DNA of 64,000 bases from Carcharhinus amblyrhynchos (lineage: Eukaryota): assembly GCA_965287045.1 (NCBI GenBank), contig OZ336874.1, positions 85,312,001 through 85,376,000 of the forward strand. Reading direction: 5' to 3'. This document shows positions 11,301-24,199 of the stretch, in pieces. Under the pieces are notes generated by a model. That model searched no databases, was not told the DNA's origin, and saw only the letters and a list, made by a program, of their open reading frames with translations. Position numbers and translations under genes: made by a program. How positions within the stretch are numbered: the first letter of the stretch is position 1; every line of letters starts with the position of its first letter.

Positions 11301-14300
11301 TTTCTCTATGTAAAATGTCAAACACATGCACCCTTCTGTGAGTCTACGTGAGGATGGGGGAGGGGAAACGTCTGGCATGTGAGAAGCCAGAAGTGGGATA
11401 TGCATTAACAGTTATATGAATGTCATTGGAGCCTAGCTCATGTTTCCTTGTCTATGGCTTAGAGGGAAAAGTGAGAACTTTCGTAGAAACGATTCAATGA
11501 AAGATTTCACCTGTCACAATTTGAGCACGGTGCCATGGGGGCGGGAAGGGGGGGATAGCTGTTTGCAGCAAAGTCAAACTCCAATTGGTTACATGTTTAT
11601 CTTTTCCAACTCAAATTCTGTTCATATTAAATATATAAATGATGTTTTCATTGATTTGTTTGAGCATAATACATGCAGAAAGAAGGCACTTAGGGAAGCG
11701 TGCAGAAGGTCGAAAGACCTCTATGCTATATGTGGAAGATGGATATTGGAGTGAGGGATGGACGGTGATCGCGTTCTGCTGTGAGCTCCCTCTGGAAGCA
11801 GGGAGTGAAATTGTTCCATTACAGGGTTTTACAGCCCTCACATCTCACATCTCAGGTGTTTGCTCAGCTTCTCCTTAGAGCTTCTCCCACAAAACTGACA
11901 AGCGCAGAGAGAAAATGTGCCTTAATCGTTTCATTCGAACTGGGGGAAATTGGACCACGTCTTATTAAAATAAGTGGGAGGGGCGGGGGAATTTGAAAGC
12001 ACTCGTTACCAAAACCCATAAATTAGCAATGAAACGCAAGGTGTAGAGCACCAACAGCAAGTGACATTGGTATTTCAGCTCCCGTTGCTTTATGATACAT
12101 TTTCAGATAGCTTATCAATCAGATTAGATGATGACGTGAGCTGAAGTGGTTTGCTGCTTCATCAAAGCCTACATCGTATTTAAAAGTCCTTTCCATTAAA
12201 AAAAGTTTTTGTTTCCTACAGAAAGACATGACATTTTGAAATGAGTGCGGCAATTTAAGAAAACTGAGGTTAAAAGTTTATTTTGTTAAACTGCCACGAT
12301 GATTTAAAATGTCAACACTTTTGTTGCAATATTTTCGCGCTCTTCTTTCTGAGGGTATGTAATTGACAAGAGATTTCCCGCCATTCTCAATACAGCGTGT
12401 TATTTTACAGTTCGTCTTATTACAAGTTTATTCAATAGAAAATAATTTAAAAAAATAACAGCAACCCCACCAGACAGTATTTTTAACAGAAAGAAGTTAC
12501 GGTCTAGATCTATAATACAAGACGTAGCAACATTTACTCTCGCGAATTAAGATCCGGAATTACAAACCACCTTGAACACATCTTCTAGAGCAGTTTACCG
12601 CTGAAACATAATTGTATCGCTTGCTATATCTTCAATTATGGCAATCATAAAGTGTTGTCATCTTGGTGCATTCAGCGTTCAGGGGCACTCGGCATCTTCT
12701 GGAGTTAACGCTTTCGTATTTAATGATGTGTATTAAATATTAGGCCAACTCCATGGCACGCACACTACTCGGGAGCACTGACTTAATGTAAAAATGCCCA
12801 CATTTGCACTGCACGACTAAAATTTTCTATTCTATCTATAAGCTATAACTGTGCACGCACTGTAATAAATGCCACTGACTATTCAGTTGGGCCCAATTAT
12901 TAATAATAACTTCTTAGTTGTCTTGTGTCTTTATTTCTAACTTGGCAAAGCAGCTTTTATGTAATATAATCTTCATGAAACAGCTTATTGGTTAGAAATA
13001 TCGTTGCATTAATTTTGATGAGGCACTTCTATTTTAACTCAGTGAGGATTTTAATTCAGTACTTCACAGTGTCTATATCACCAAGTGGTTGTTATATTGC
13101 TGCCGGCTTTGAACCCAACTGACCAGGAGCAATTGAAAGTAAAACGCACAGAACTGTTCACTTCATTCACATTATAGCAATGGTCCTAGTCAATAGGACT
13201 AGGACCTCACTGAAACACAGTTATCTGTTTACCTATCTGATTGATATGCAATCTATGGCAAGATGCTAAAAAGTAGATTGTAGGGAGATAAAGCACGGAT
13301 ACTCAATCGGCACCTGTAACAGAATCTGATTCTGCATGGTTCATGCCACGTTTTCCTGAGTTAGGTTTGCATTCAAGAAGATATCTTGTGTAGTCTGTGA
13401 AGTGTGGCTGAAATATCTACATTAATGGAATAAGACATAAGGCTTATGAGAGTCGGAGCTCAACACTGGCAGGCGGGCGCGGGCTCCACATACTAACATA
13501 AAATGATCAATATTTTAAAGGGTAGTAGCGGATGATGGTTGGGTCACATCGGATGTAAACGGAAACTTCTACCCGCCGTCACTACCTTTGCGTGTACTTT
13601 TTGCTCACTTGTATTTTAGGAAGACAAATGGTTGCTCAAGTCGACTTTTTTCAACGTTCTATTTGTAATTATTTACTTTGTGGGGCAGCGAGCCCCATAT
13701 TCATTAAGCCACGCCAGGGTCAAGTTCTTATTTATTTGTTCATACAATTAAGTATAATTTCCAGTAATTTTGCACCTCGCAATAAATGTCCATTTAGCCT
13801 TGGGTGCATACCTTGGGATCAGTATTTAACTCATTGAAATTATTAACATCGGACAATCAACTCAAAACGTAGCGCAACCAAATGAAATGATTCCCTAGGT
13901 TTTTTTTGCAATATTTTGTGAGTGAGTGTCTATGGTATCCCCCAGGGCTCTTTCTCCCTGCCTGCTCCCTGATTTCGTGTATAAAAGCAGCTCTGAATGA
14001 TGGATTACTGTGTCATTGCAGCCTGCGAAGGATTAATTTGTTTCATTGATTTCTCTTTAGGCAGAATGCCAGGATTCGCTGCTTCCCACCTTTACAGGAT
14101 ACTTCCAGCAGTAATAGACGGTAATAGCCTAAGACAAATCAGCCCATTCTTGTAAAAATAGAACCACAAAGCGCAAATCTCCCAGTTGACTGCGAGGATG
14201 CACCTTTTCTGCCGCATTCCAAGGACATTAATAAATAAGCTTTCTTGTACAGGTATTACTAAGATTCTTTGATTTCTGTATAAACAATGAGGAGAGCAAC

Positions 14301-17300
14301 CTTTCTAGAACTGCTCAGTTATTGTCTAATAAAAAAAACTTTGGACAGTTATACCATTCGAAGGGAGCTACTAGCCTTGAATACTTTTGTGCAAAACTGC
14401 CCATATGGATAACACATTGACTAGGATTATTCCAATATGGGAATAATATTTGAATATTAAAATGCATATTGTACTTTTTATATAGCTTCATTACCACAGT
14501 AAAACAAGCTATCATTCAGTGTTACTGCATCTGTTAATGCAAATAAAGCAATCCCTCTCTATGGCATTTAGTTCTACTTGCAGGTAAAGACAAAATAGCT
14601 CACAGCTGTACCAATTCTCTTCTTAAAGTTATTTTCTCCGTAATTGATGAAAATATTCACTTTTGAAAACTGTAATATAGAAAAATGTACTGAATATTTA
14701 TCTAACTAGAATAGAGTCATAGAAGGATATACATTTACAATGTATCTGCACATAAATTGTTTAAGTATCTATCCAAAGATTACGTAATAATATTTAATAC
14801 AATGATTGATTTAAGCATGTCTGAGTGGTGAATTGAAAGTTTTAATATGCATGCTTCTTTAAGATATATTTTATAAGTTATGATGCAGTATAGTTAAAGA
14901 ACTTTTTCTAAAAAAAATTAATCAGTAGACATTATTTGCCAGTTTCACTGTTTTTGGAACATTTGTGCACAGGAAAACAAGTAATCTGTTTATTCTATTC
15001 AATCAGGAATCAAAAAATGCATCAGATCATGACAGAAACATTTATGTATATTGAAACAATTTTATTTATAATTTTGTTTTCTCTGGAGATTTTGCAAATG
15101 CAGTAATAAAGTTGGGGTAAATTCATTTTGGCAACAAAACGCTATTCATTCCAATAAAGTTATATCCATTTGCAACTGAATTTCCCAAAATTACTCATTA
15201 GGTTAATTTATTTCATCATTTCAACTCCCAATTGCTTTTAGTATATCATCTTTGGACTGGAAATATTTGATTTCTTTTTGTTGAGTCATTATTTAAAAAA
15301 ATAATGAACATATTTTGATTTCATGTCAAATCACACAGATACCAGCAACAGTCTGTCCATTTTGAATAAATTAACCATTAGGAGCACTCCAAAACTGCTA
15401 ACACTAAACCTGAATAAACAGTCACGATTTTTTCAGTTACTTTGATCTAAATGAAAAATATTCAGAACTTCCTCAGTATAGATAAATGAAAACAGATGCT
15501 ATGAAGCCACTAATAGCTTGCAAACAAATTGGACAAATTTCCCAGTAGTTGTAGAGCTACAGTACTCCTCACTCACTGCTCAGCCTGCATCACATTCATT
15601 ATTAGCTTTTCCAAAGCAGTCCATAGTTTCTAAGTTTCCTGTGTCACTGACCTACCAACAACAGTGCAACTTTAAGTGTTTTTATTGTGTTGCTATTGTT
15701 AAAGTTTAGAATAACTGTAGGATTTTCATTGCTGTTTAGTCATATATATAGTATATTTACATGCTTTATGTAATATCGAGCTTTCTCTGTAAGAAATACT
15801 TATAAAATAACTTTACTGTCTTTTTAAGATTGGAATGCCTTTCAATTCTTTTGGAATAGCTTCCGTATATAAATCTTCTTTCACACATCAAGTGGATAAG
15901 GAAAAAGTAAATATGCAAGGCCAAGATCAGTCCATTTTTCTTTGCTGGGAAATATATTATTTCATCAATACATTGATCATTACTGTAGGTTTAAAACCAT
16001 ACATCAAAATTAAATAATATATTAAGTAATATCAATAAAACTGTCATATTGTAAAACATAAAACTGTAAAATCCTTAGGATTTGAAGAAGGAACTGTCAT
16101 TTAGATCAGTGTAATGAAAGAGTAATTGAAATACAGTTCGATCATAATTATTGATGCTGTCAGAGAAGTTTGATTGGCAGGATGTTAAATTTGTTTATAT
16201 CCCAGAAATAATATTCGGAGCAAAAATGTTTTTGCATTGATGCATATTTAAAATAGCAGTATGCATGAAATGCAGCTGCACAGTAATGCTGAACAAGTAT
16301 TTGTTACTATCCTGCACATCATAATTGCAGCATTTCAGAACTTGTCTTACTGTATGACAAATAACAGCCAAGCTAAATAAAACAGATCTCACTTTCCTCA
16401 TCAGGCTGTTCTAATAGTAACTTTATGAAGAGATATTAAAACTACATTGCATCCCATATTCAGGTGCTATTCTTCCACATTCTGATATTTCTGTAAGATA
16501 TTTCCTGTCTTTTGGCCTGTACGCTCGCTTTCTGGGGAAAACTGGATACATTTAAAGTGTTTCAAAGCATTAATAGTCAGTCAACATGAAATGTACACTA
16601 CCTGAGTTTGTGGAAGTGTACAGAAATTAGATCTTGAAACTTTCCTTCAATTCTCAATTCAATTTACTGCAAGGCCTTGCTGTTATTTTTAGATGAGAAG
16701 TTTGGCACTGATTTTTTTTCCCCAAATTCACTTTGCAAAATTTTCTGTCGAACTATGTCAGGTATCAAATCTGTATAACATTTCAGAACATTAGTAATTA
16801 TCAACATCTGTGATGTGAAAATGTTTTCTGTTAGCTAATTTTGTTTAGATTACAACTATTTTCTGTGGAAAATATGTTCAATTGTCTTAAGATCATCCTG
16901 TGGTATACATCATTGGCTTGCTAAGAGGGCAAGCAGCCAACCTGCTCCTAAAAATCTCCTAATGACCAAACCCCTGGGTAGTACTCAAGAGCAGCCCAAG
17001 GTGACTTGTTGTCTGGTTCTCCACTCAGTCTCTGTGAGTGGGTACTGCGGCAAGGTGCCGTTGCACTTTCACTTGTCATTTAATAAAAGTCTCCTTTGTT
17101 TAATTTAGCAATGCATTAGGGGCCATGGTAATAATTTGCAGAATTGCAACCGAATTTTGAAGCATGGGAAATTATAATTATTAACTTCACTGATGAGACT
17201 CAATTCTACTAAAAGTTATTTTAGCATGGTGACAAAATGTACGTTCGTAGCAGTGATGGCATCCTGGCCAAACATTTGCAGGAAATAGAAGGAATCGCAT

Positions 17301-17492
17301 CTCCTGCTGGTGAAACGAAAGTGTTACAAACTGAATTTTTTGACAACAGAACAGCAAATCAGAAAACCTGACAGAATGTTTTATTTCTGACTAAAAAAAA
17401 GACCTTTTTTTTGGAAATTGAAGACAGTTTTTTTAAAGCTATAAGTACTATGATATTTTGTTAATTAATATAGCGCTTTAACTGATTGAATG

Positions 17493-17505
17493 TGACCTTT
17501 GACCA
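17493..17505 (-). promoter_or_regulatory. Near-consensus DR1 nuclear receptor site
   Basis: TGACCT-T-TGACCA on plus equals TGGTCA-A-AGGTCA on minus. Function untested. Confidence 0.45.
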
Positions 17506-18217
17506 CCAGCTGAAGGTAGCTCTTAAAATAATTAAAAAAATTGACCACCTTTTGGCTCAGAATTAAAAGTTTAATTCAGATTATATGTGCTAAAGAGGCA
17601 GAATTTCTGTCTTATTTTGTCTAGAATTAAAAAAAGAGGTTTCTTGCATACTGCAATCAATAATTCGAGGAATTATCCCTTTTTAGAGCTCTTCTAATAT
17701 AATTTTTGATCAAACCCCTCAAGGATGTATAACAATAGTGGACCTCTGTGTATCTGCCTTTAATGGGCCTACTTTTTTGTTTATCACTCTCGTTCTCTCT
17801 AGTATATCTATAAAAACCTTTTCTGTTAGCTTTAATATCCTTTGTAGTGCCTTATTCATCTTTTTTTTATCTCTCCTACTTTCTTTGTATTGCTTTTGTG
17901 TTTTTGTAGCACTATGTCCACTGGGTCGCTTCTTCTCTTTGTATTTGTGTAATTATTTTCTTTAACTTGTTACTGTCCCTTATTCCATTAATTGAGAATG
18001 TGCATAACTAAACAAGTGAAGGCTTTGTCCATTCGGTTATGTACTCATTTTGCACTGCACCAAATAATTCTTTTGACTATTTCCCTTGGTCTGTAAGTTC
18101 AGCCATTAATGTTTGAGCCATATACTCTGCTTAATTAATTTTTCATCCCTTTAAGGTTTGCATTGCTGAAACTTAAACTTTTGATTGTTACTCTCCCATC
18201 TCCCTCTCAAGCTTAGT

Positions 18218-19271
18218 GGGTCAGATTTTGAGACCTATGGTGAATAAATGGTGTCAAGCATTCATTTGCACTTACATATCCCATAGTTTACTCTGGAATT
18301 TTGCATGAGATTTTCCAGTCAGCCAACTAGTTAGAAAGCATAGTGCCCACTAAAGGACATCCGGAACTGGTGTGAAGTAATTGGAACTCCTTAACCAATC
18401 AGATTGAAGAACATTCATGAGTCGCGCAGAGTCTGAACCAGGAAACATCAATTAAAAGATTGAATTCAATGTCAAATCAAACACAGTGAAACAAATAGAG
18501 ACAAAGAGAGTTGGATAAAGAGAGACAGATGAAAGAGGTAGAAAGAAAAATTCAAAAATGTATTTTCTTTAAAGATCTCCAACCATAATCTGTACTTTTT
18601 TTTCTTTTATAGGATGTGGGTGTTGCTGACAAGCCATTTTTTGCTCATCCTTAATTGCCCCTGAACTGAGTGGCTTGCCAAGCCATTTCAGAGGGCATTT
18701 CAGTCAACCACATTGCTGTGGGTCTGGAGCCACTTGGAGGTCAGACTGGGTAAGGATGGTAGATTTCCTTCACTGGAGGACATTAGTGAACCAGATGGGT
18801 TTTTACAACAGTTGATGATGGCTTCATGGTCACCATTACTGAGACTAGTTGTATAATCCAGATTTATTAATTGAATTCTAAATCCAACAGCTACCATTGA
18901 GAGAAGTGAATCAATGCCCCCAGAATATTCACCTGAACCTCTAGATTATTAGCCTAGTGACATTACCACTACCACTGTCTTCTTTCGATGTTATACTTAA
19001 TTTTCAGAGATGTTGTTTGGCAGTAAATAAAACTTTTTTGGTGAATTTATTTCATATATACGTTTAGTACAGCATCTTCATGCTATTCTATGCATTAAAA
19101 TTGCGAGACTCTCAGTGAGGCACAATTATAGTGCAGCTTCTGGAGGAGCAGGACATCTTGGAGAGCATCTTCCTGGTTAATGTATGTAACTATGTATAAG
19201 CAGAAGTTGCTTTCCAATCCACATATTAACAATGATGAGTGCTGTTCAATTCTTCATGCAAAATCCAGCCT
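18218..19271. mobile_element. Old non-autonomous DNA-transposon-like element with a nested SINE
   Basis: Imperfect terminal inverted repeats GGGTCAGATTTTG ... CAAAATCCAGCC, similar to other MITE ends in the window. Confidence 0.4.
18596..18980 (-). mobile_element. tRNA-headed SINE, group B (non-V core)
   Basis: Reverse complement aligns with 46150-46512 (shared AAAACCCATCTGGTTCA, CATCCTTACC, CAGCAATGTGGTTGAC-like core and GGCAATTAAGGATG tail with A-rich end). Confidence 0.8.
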
Positions 19272-20939
19272 TCAATGAAATTCAATCATAGTATGGCCAT
19301 TATTTACAAGGAAGAAAATATGTGTAGAACTTTGAAGTTAGTTTTCTTTATCTAAAACAATGCTGGCAGGTTATCTTTTGAAAATTGTTGTCCAAATATT
19401 TATAAACAAAATATGATTGAACATCTCTTTAATTATTTTGAGAATGTTTCAATACGTAACAATACATACATTTTATTTTCACTGCCAATAAATAAAACCA
19501 GCCACAACTTGCAAAATGGACACTACACATTGTTTGATGTTAATGGTTTTTTAAATCTGATCTAGGGAAGTATCAATGTTTTCACTTTCGATCACACACC
19601 TGCGGTGTTTGTGTGTTATATGGTTTGCTGTTACTCTGTGGGGTATTTTTTCATAAACTGCTTCACACAGACATGCAACCCTATGCATTGACCCTCTAGT
19701 TATTCAGTTACTTACTTTCTGTAAAATCATACGTGGAGTAGCTATCATCCTTCAGCCAAATTGCTGCACTTTAACTTTCATTTTCTCATGCTGTTCCACC
19801 ATTATTTTCTTTATTTTTGCTTGACTGTGAGATTGTGGTGAGTATAATGTCAGCACTGGAACCTTGATATTATGCAGTTGTGCTCACTTTGTGCAACTGG
19901 ACTGAATTCAGGTGCAATTGTAAATTGCAGCCTTAAGTTAGAGCCCTCAAACTTGTTTGGGGCTACTGTTCTGTTTGTGGGGTATTTAGATTATGGGTCC
20001 TTTTGGGTTTTTGATTTTATGGGCATGAGTAATAGTGTAGAATTGAATAAATATAACTGTCTGATTTTTTATCTGTAGTTTTAAATGCTGCAACTGGGTA
20101 AATTATCAAAGTTTGCTAGTCCCAAAGTGATATTGAAATAATCTCTGCCAAATAATGCAATTAGTGGACTATGCTTGACAATGTATGATGCTAGTAAGTG
20201 AAAGGAGTCAAGAAACAATAATTAGTGCAACTTTTTGAATTATATAAAAGGGCTTCCTTCCATACAGCATACCATATATATCATCTGTAGAAACTACTCA
20301 ACAGGACAGATTTATCTATCAAGTTGCATTAATCTATTGCAACCAGTTATTAAAATGTTGTTCCTTAATGTTTGAGTAGTAAAGCAATCTAAGATCTCTG
20401 TTCAGAAATAAAATGAGTTTTAGAAACTAAAGTATACGGATAATGTTGATGGTGACCTAAGAACAAGTCTGTACAAATCCAGAGCTGTTTTTGTTTTCAT
20501 TAGTCTTTTGGCTTCATTTTTGAATGCCCTTTTTAGTGACTTCATCCATCAGCTAAATTTCTCTGGCCCCTTGCATCCAAATTCTCTGTCCGTTGTTCAC
20601 TTTCTAATTCACCCTGCATATTACATGAGATCTCATTAACTTTGATGTTTTGATAAGTGATCAGGTCATCTCTGATCACTTTCATGTTTTGCTCAATGCT
20701 CATATCTTCCTATTTACATCTAGCCAGACTACCATTACCATCTGTCTGTGGGAGAAAAAACACATTCCCCGTCAGCACATACTATAAATGCTAATTCACT
20801 GTCATTTGATTCTTCACTTTGCATGACACTACCTCCTCTATTACCTGCTCAGAAACTCCCTGTTTCACTTTTGATTTCCTCAGTCTACCAATGGCTCACT
20901 CATGGCATATCATCTATTTCACATATAGCTTCTAATCAA

Positions 20940-21620
20940 GAGAACATAAGAACATAATAGAATCAGAAGTAGTCCTTATGATCCATTGAGCTTGTTTTGT
21001 CACTCATTAAGAGAATGGCTAAACTTCTACATTAATTCCACTTTGTCATCCTATTCTCACACCCTTTGATTCCCTTCATGCCCAAAAACATGGGGTGGGA
21101 TTTTACGGCCTTTCTTGTCCCAAAACTGTAAAATCACACCTGAGATCAGTGGATATTTCTATGGTCTGCTCCTTGCTCGCTCCAATTCCCGCAGCAGGTG
21201 GGCCACTATAACTCCGGCCATAATGCCTTGAATAAACTGATCAATTGAGAGCCCTGGGGGGTTACACCTCATCTCTGTTCTAAGTCATCTAAGAATATGG
21301 CCTATAGCTCTATCTTTCCAGCCAAAAGTAAAAGCCCCTCAGAATCTAATTTGTCAAACTCTCTAAGAATTCCAAATGTTTGAAGAGATCACCATTCATT
21401 CCTCTAAAGTCTATTGGCTCATGTTGCTCAATTCCTTCTCATTAGACATCACTTTCACCTACAAATTAATCTAGTCAATTTTTGCTCTGCAACTTCTAAT
21501 GCAAATATATCTTTCTGTAAGTAAGAAGACTAAAACTGTACATAGTACTCCAGATGTGATTTCAACAAAACTTGTAAAATTGCAGCAAAACTTTATTCTT
21601 CTACTCCAACCTCCTAACGA
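20940..21620 (-). mobile_element. Old CR1 LINE 3' fragment interrupted by a MITE
   Basis: AGAACATAAGAACATAA tail repeat; decayed similarity to the CR1 copy at 23147-24086 (e.g. AAAACTGTACATAGTACTCCAG). Confidence 0.75.
21092..21219 (+). mobile_element. About 130-bp MITE, family M1
   Basis: Similar to 34010-34137, 39923-40057, 40061-40183 and 55609-55717; GGGTGGGATTTT start and CCGGCC end. Confidence 0.65.
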
Positions 21621-21821
21621 TACATTTATGCACTGTCAGTTGTGAAACTTGCTGACTTGAGGGAGTCTGGTACATAAAATGACTCCTTGTCCACCATCAG
21701 TTCTGGTTGAACTTCCTCAACTGATAAAACTCATCTATCTCCCTCCAGGATCACTTACTGGGTATAAACAATCTCATATTCCTTTGCCCAATAGCTAGCT
21801 ACGTCCTGTGAAACTATTCAT

Positions 21822-22078
21822 GGCTTCACAGTGCCAGGGACCCATGTTCAATTACCAGCTTGGGTCACTGTCTGTGTGGAGTTTGCACGTTATCCCTGTG
21901 TCTGCGTCACCTCCAGGTCTTCCGGTTTCCTCCCACAGTCTGAAAGATGTGCTGGTTAGGTGCATTGACCCAAACAGATGCTGGACTGTGGCGACTAGGG
22001 AAATTTCACAGTAACTTCATTGCAGTATTAATGTAAGCCTTGCCAGTTGCTATAAATAAACTTTAATTTTTAACTTTG
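21822..22078 (+). mobile_element. HE1-like V-SINE, 5' truncated, tail type B
   Basis: Partial tRNA head, V-core TCCGGTTTCCTCCCACAGTC, tail TTTCACAGTAACTTCATTGCAGTATTAATGTAAGCC...AAATAAACTTT. Confidence 0.85.
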
Positions 22079-22374
22079 ACTTTTTTCTGTTCTTTCCATT
22101 CTCATCTGGAACACCAAAAGCAAGGAGTTTATGATTTTTTTTTGTCTCCAAGATTGAGGTTATCTGCTTAGGTATCTTTAACTCCTCCCATTTATCTTAC
22201 CTCTCAATCACTCCATTACCCCAATTCATCTCATATTTTATTGTTTCACAAATGCTCTGCTCCTCTGAACCCAACCATTACAAGGATCTTCTGGTCAGTA
22301 ATATCCTGGCCTTTCAATCCATTCATAACCAAACTCTTGACTTCACCTTCTCTTGTTCAAATGCTGTACGTAAG

Positions 22375-22820
22375 TGAAAATGAAGAGAGATTGGATAAAC
22401 AGGTGTTGTTTTCTTTGGAGCAGAGGACACTGAGGGGACATCTTTGAGATGTACAAAATTATGAGGGGTATAGGTAGTGTTGATAGGAAGAAACTTTTCT
22501 CCTTAGTGGAGGGGTCAATGACTAGGCAGCATGGATTTAAGGTGAAGGACAGCAGGTTGAGAGGGGATGTGTGGAAAAACCTTTTCAACCAAAGGGTGAA
22601 GGGAGTCTGGAACTCACTGCTTGAAGGGTGGTGGAGGCAGAGACCCTCATTACATTTAAGAAATATTTAGATATGCACTTTCAATGCCAAGGAAAACAAG
22701 GCTGTGGGCCAAATGGTGGAAAACGAAATTAGAATAGTTTGGTGGTTTGTCCTTGATCACAGCAGACTTCATGGGCCAAAGGAGCTTTTACTGTGCTGTT
22801 TCCCTCTATGACTCTATGAC
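22375..22820 (+). mobile_element. CR1 (HER1-like) LINE 3' fragment
   Basis: ORF2 C-terminal remnants (EERLDK, MYKIMRGIGSVDRKKLFSLVEGSMTRQHGFKVK, WNSL) and CTCTATGACTCTATGA tail. Confidence 0.85.
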
Positions 22821-23145
22821 CATCCTGTCTAGATCAAAAATTCTATTTCCTAGGCCCTGTCTCCATTTCTTTGCAGGATTGATTTCCCACAAAACAAAAC
22901 AGAATCCTTAGAGTCTTGTTTGACACTGAGCTGAATTTTAAATCTCACTTCCACTACTTAATATCACCCAGTTCTGCCTTTACCTAAACTCTATACTTGC
23001 GTATTTTTAGGCATGCTTTAGCTATTTTTAAACCCAACTTTCTAACTGTCTTCTGAGAAGCATCTCAAACTCCAAGTAATATAAATTTATGCAAAACACT
23101 GCCACCTTAGCCACCAAGTCAGTAGCTCCAATTCTGAATTCTATT
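22821..23145 (+). mobile_element. Possible ancient L2-type LINE ORF2 fragment
   Basis: Decayed motifs LRVLFDTELNFKSH and QNTA resemble L2 ORF2 (NLGVxFDxELSF; QNxAA). Further pieces may lie between the younger insertions at 20.5-22.4 kb. Confidence 0.4.
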
Positions 23146-23146
23146 T

Positions 23147-24086
23147 CATAAGAACATAAGAACATAAGAAATAGGAGCAGGAGTAGGCCATCTAGCCCTT
23201 CGAGCCTGCCCCGCCATTCAATAAGATCATGGCTGATCTGTTGTGGCTCAGTTCCACTTTCCCGCCCTCTCCCCATAACCCTTAATCCCCTCTCTTATCA
23301 AAAACCCATCAACCCGCTTCTTAAAAATATTTAGCGAGGCAGCCTCCACCACTTCAACGGGCAGAGAATTCCAGAGATTCACCACCCTTTGAGTGAAGAA
23401 GTTCCTCCTCAACTCTGTTCTAAACCGCCTCCCCTTTATCTTGAGGCTGTGCCCCCTAGTCCTACTGTCTTTTTTGAGCGGGAAGAGTCTCTCCACCTCT
23501 ATCCTATCCATCCCATTCATCATCTTATACGTCTCAATGAGATCTCCCCTCATTCTTCTAAACTCTAGCGAGTACAAGCCTAGTTTATTCAGCCTCTCCT
23601 CATAGCTCAACCCCCTCAACTCCGGTATCAGCCTAGTAAACCTCCTCTGCACTCCCTCCAGGGCCAAAATATCCTTGCGTAGGTGCGGCGCCCAAAACTG
23701 CACACAGTACTCCAGCTGCGGCCTCACCAATGCCCTATACAGCTGCAGCAAGACCTCCCTACTTTTATATTCAATCCCCCTCGTTATGAAGGCCAGCATC
23801 CCATTTGCCTTCCTGACCACCTGCTGCACCTGCAAGCTGGGTTTTTGCGACTCATGCACAAGGACCCCGAGGTCCCTCTGCACCGTCGCCTGCTGCAGTT
23901 TTTCGCCCCGTAAGTAATAGTCCTTCCTACCATTCTTCCTACCAAAGTGGACCACCTCACACTTGCCAACATTAAATTCCATTTGCCATTTCCTGGCCCA
24001 TTCGCCCAGCCTATCTAGATCCTTCTGCAGACTCTCCACACCCTCCGCACAATTTGCCTTTCCCCCAATCTTGGTGTCATCAGCAT
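23147..24086 (-). mobile_element. Young 5'-truncated CR1 LINE; ORF2 C-terminus uninterrupted
   Basis: ORF 23248-24114 from ADDTKIGG through LEYCVQFWAP, RTRGHSLK, NLWNSLP to YGERAGKWN stop; 3' UTR and (CTTATGTT)n tail. Confidence 0.95.
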
Positions 24087-24199
24087 TTCCCAATAACAAT
24101 TCTAAAAGCTCCAAAAATGCAGCATAACTGACATATTACTTTATGTCAACTGTTGCCTTGGTGTCTGAGTTGAAACACTTTAAGAGAAGTTTGACTTAT

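Noticed and set aside
4000-14000. Coding alternative first exon like that of human NR2F2 isoform b
   Set aside because: No matching peptide found by eye on the minus strand or in the ORF track.
23248-24114. 288-aa ORF (and the 279-aa ORF at 44964-45803) as host genes
   Set aside because: Both are 5'-truncated CR1 ORF2 sequence with LINE 3' tails.
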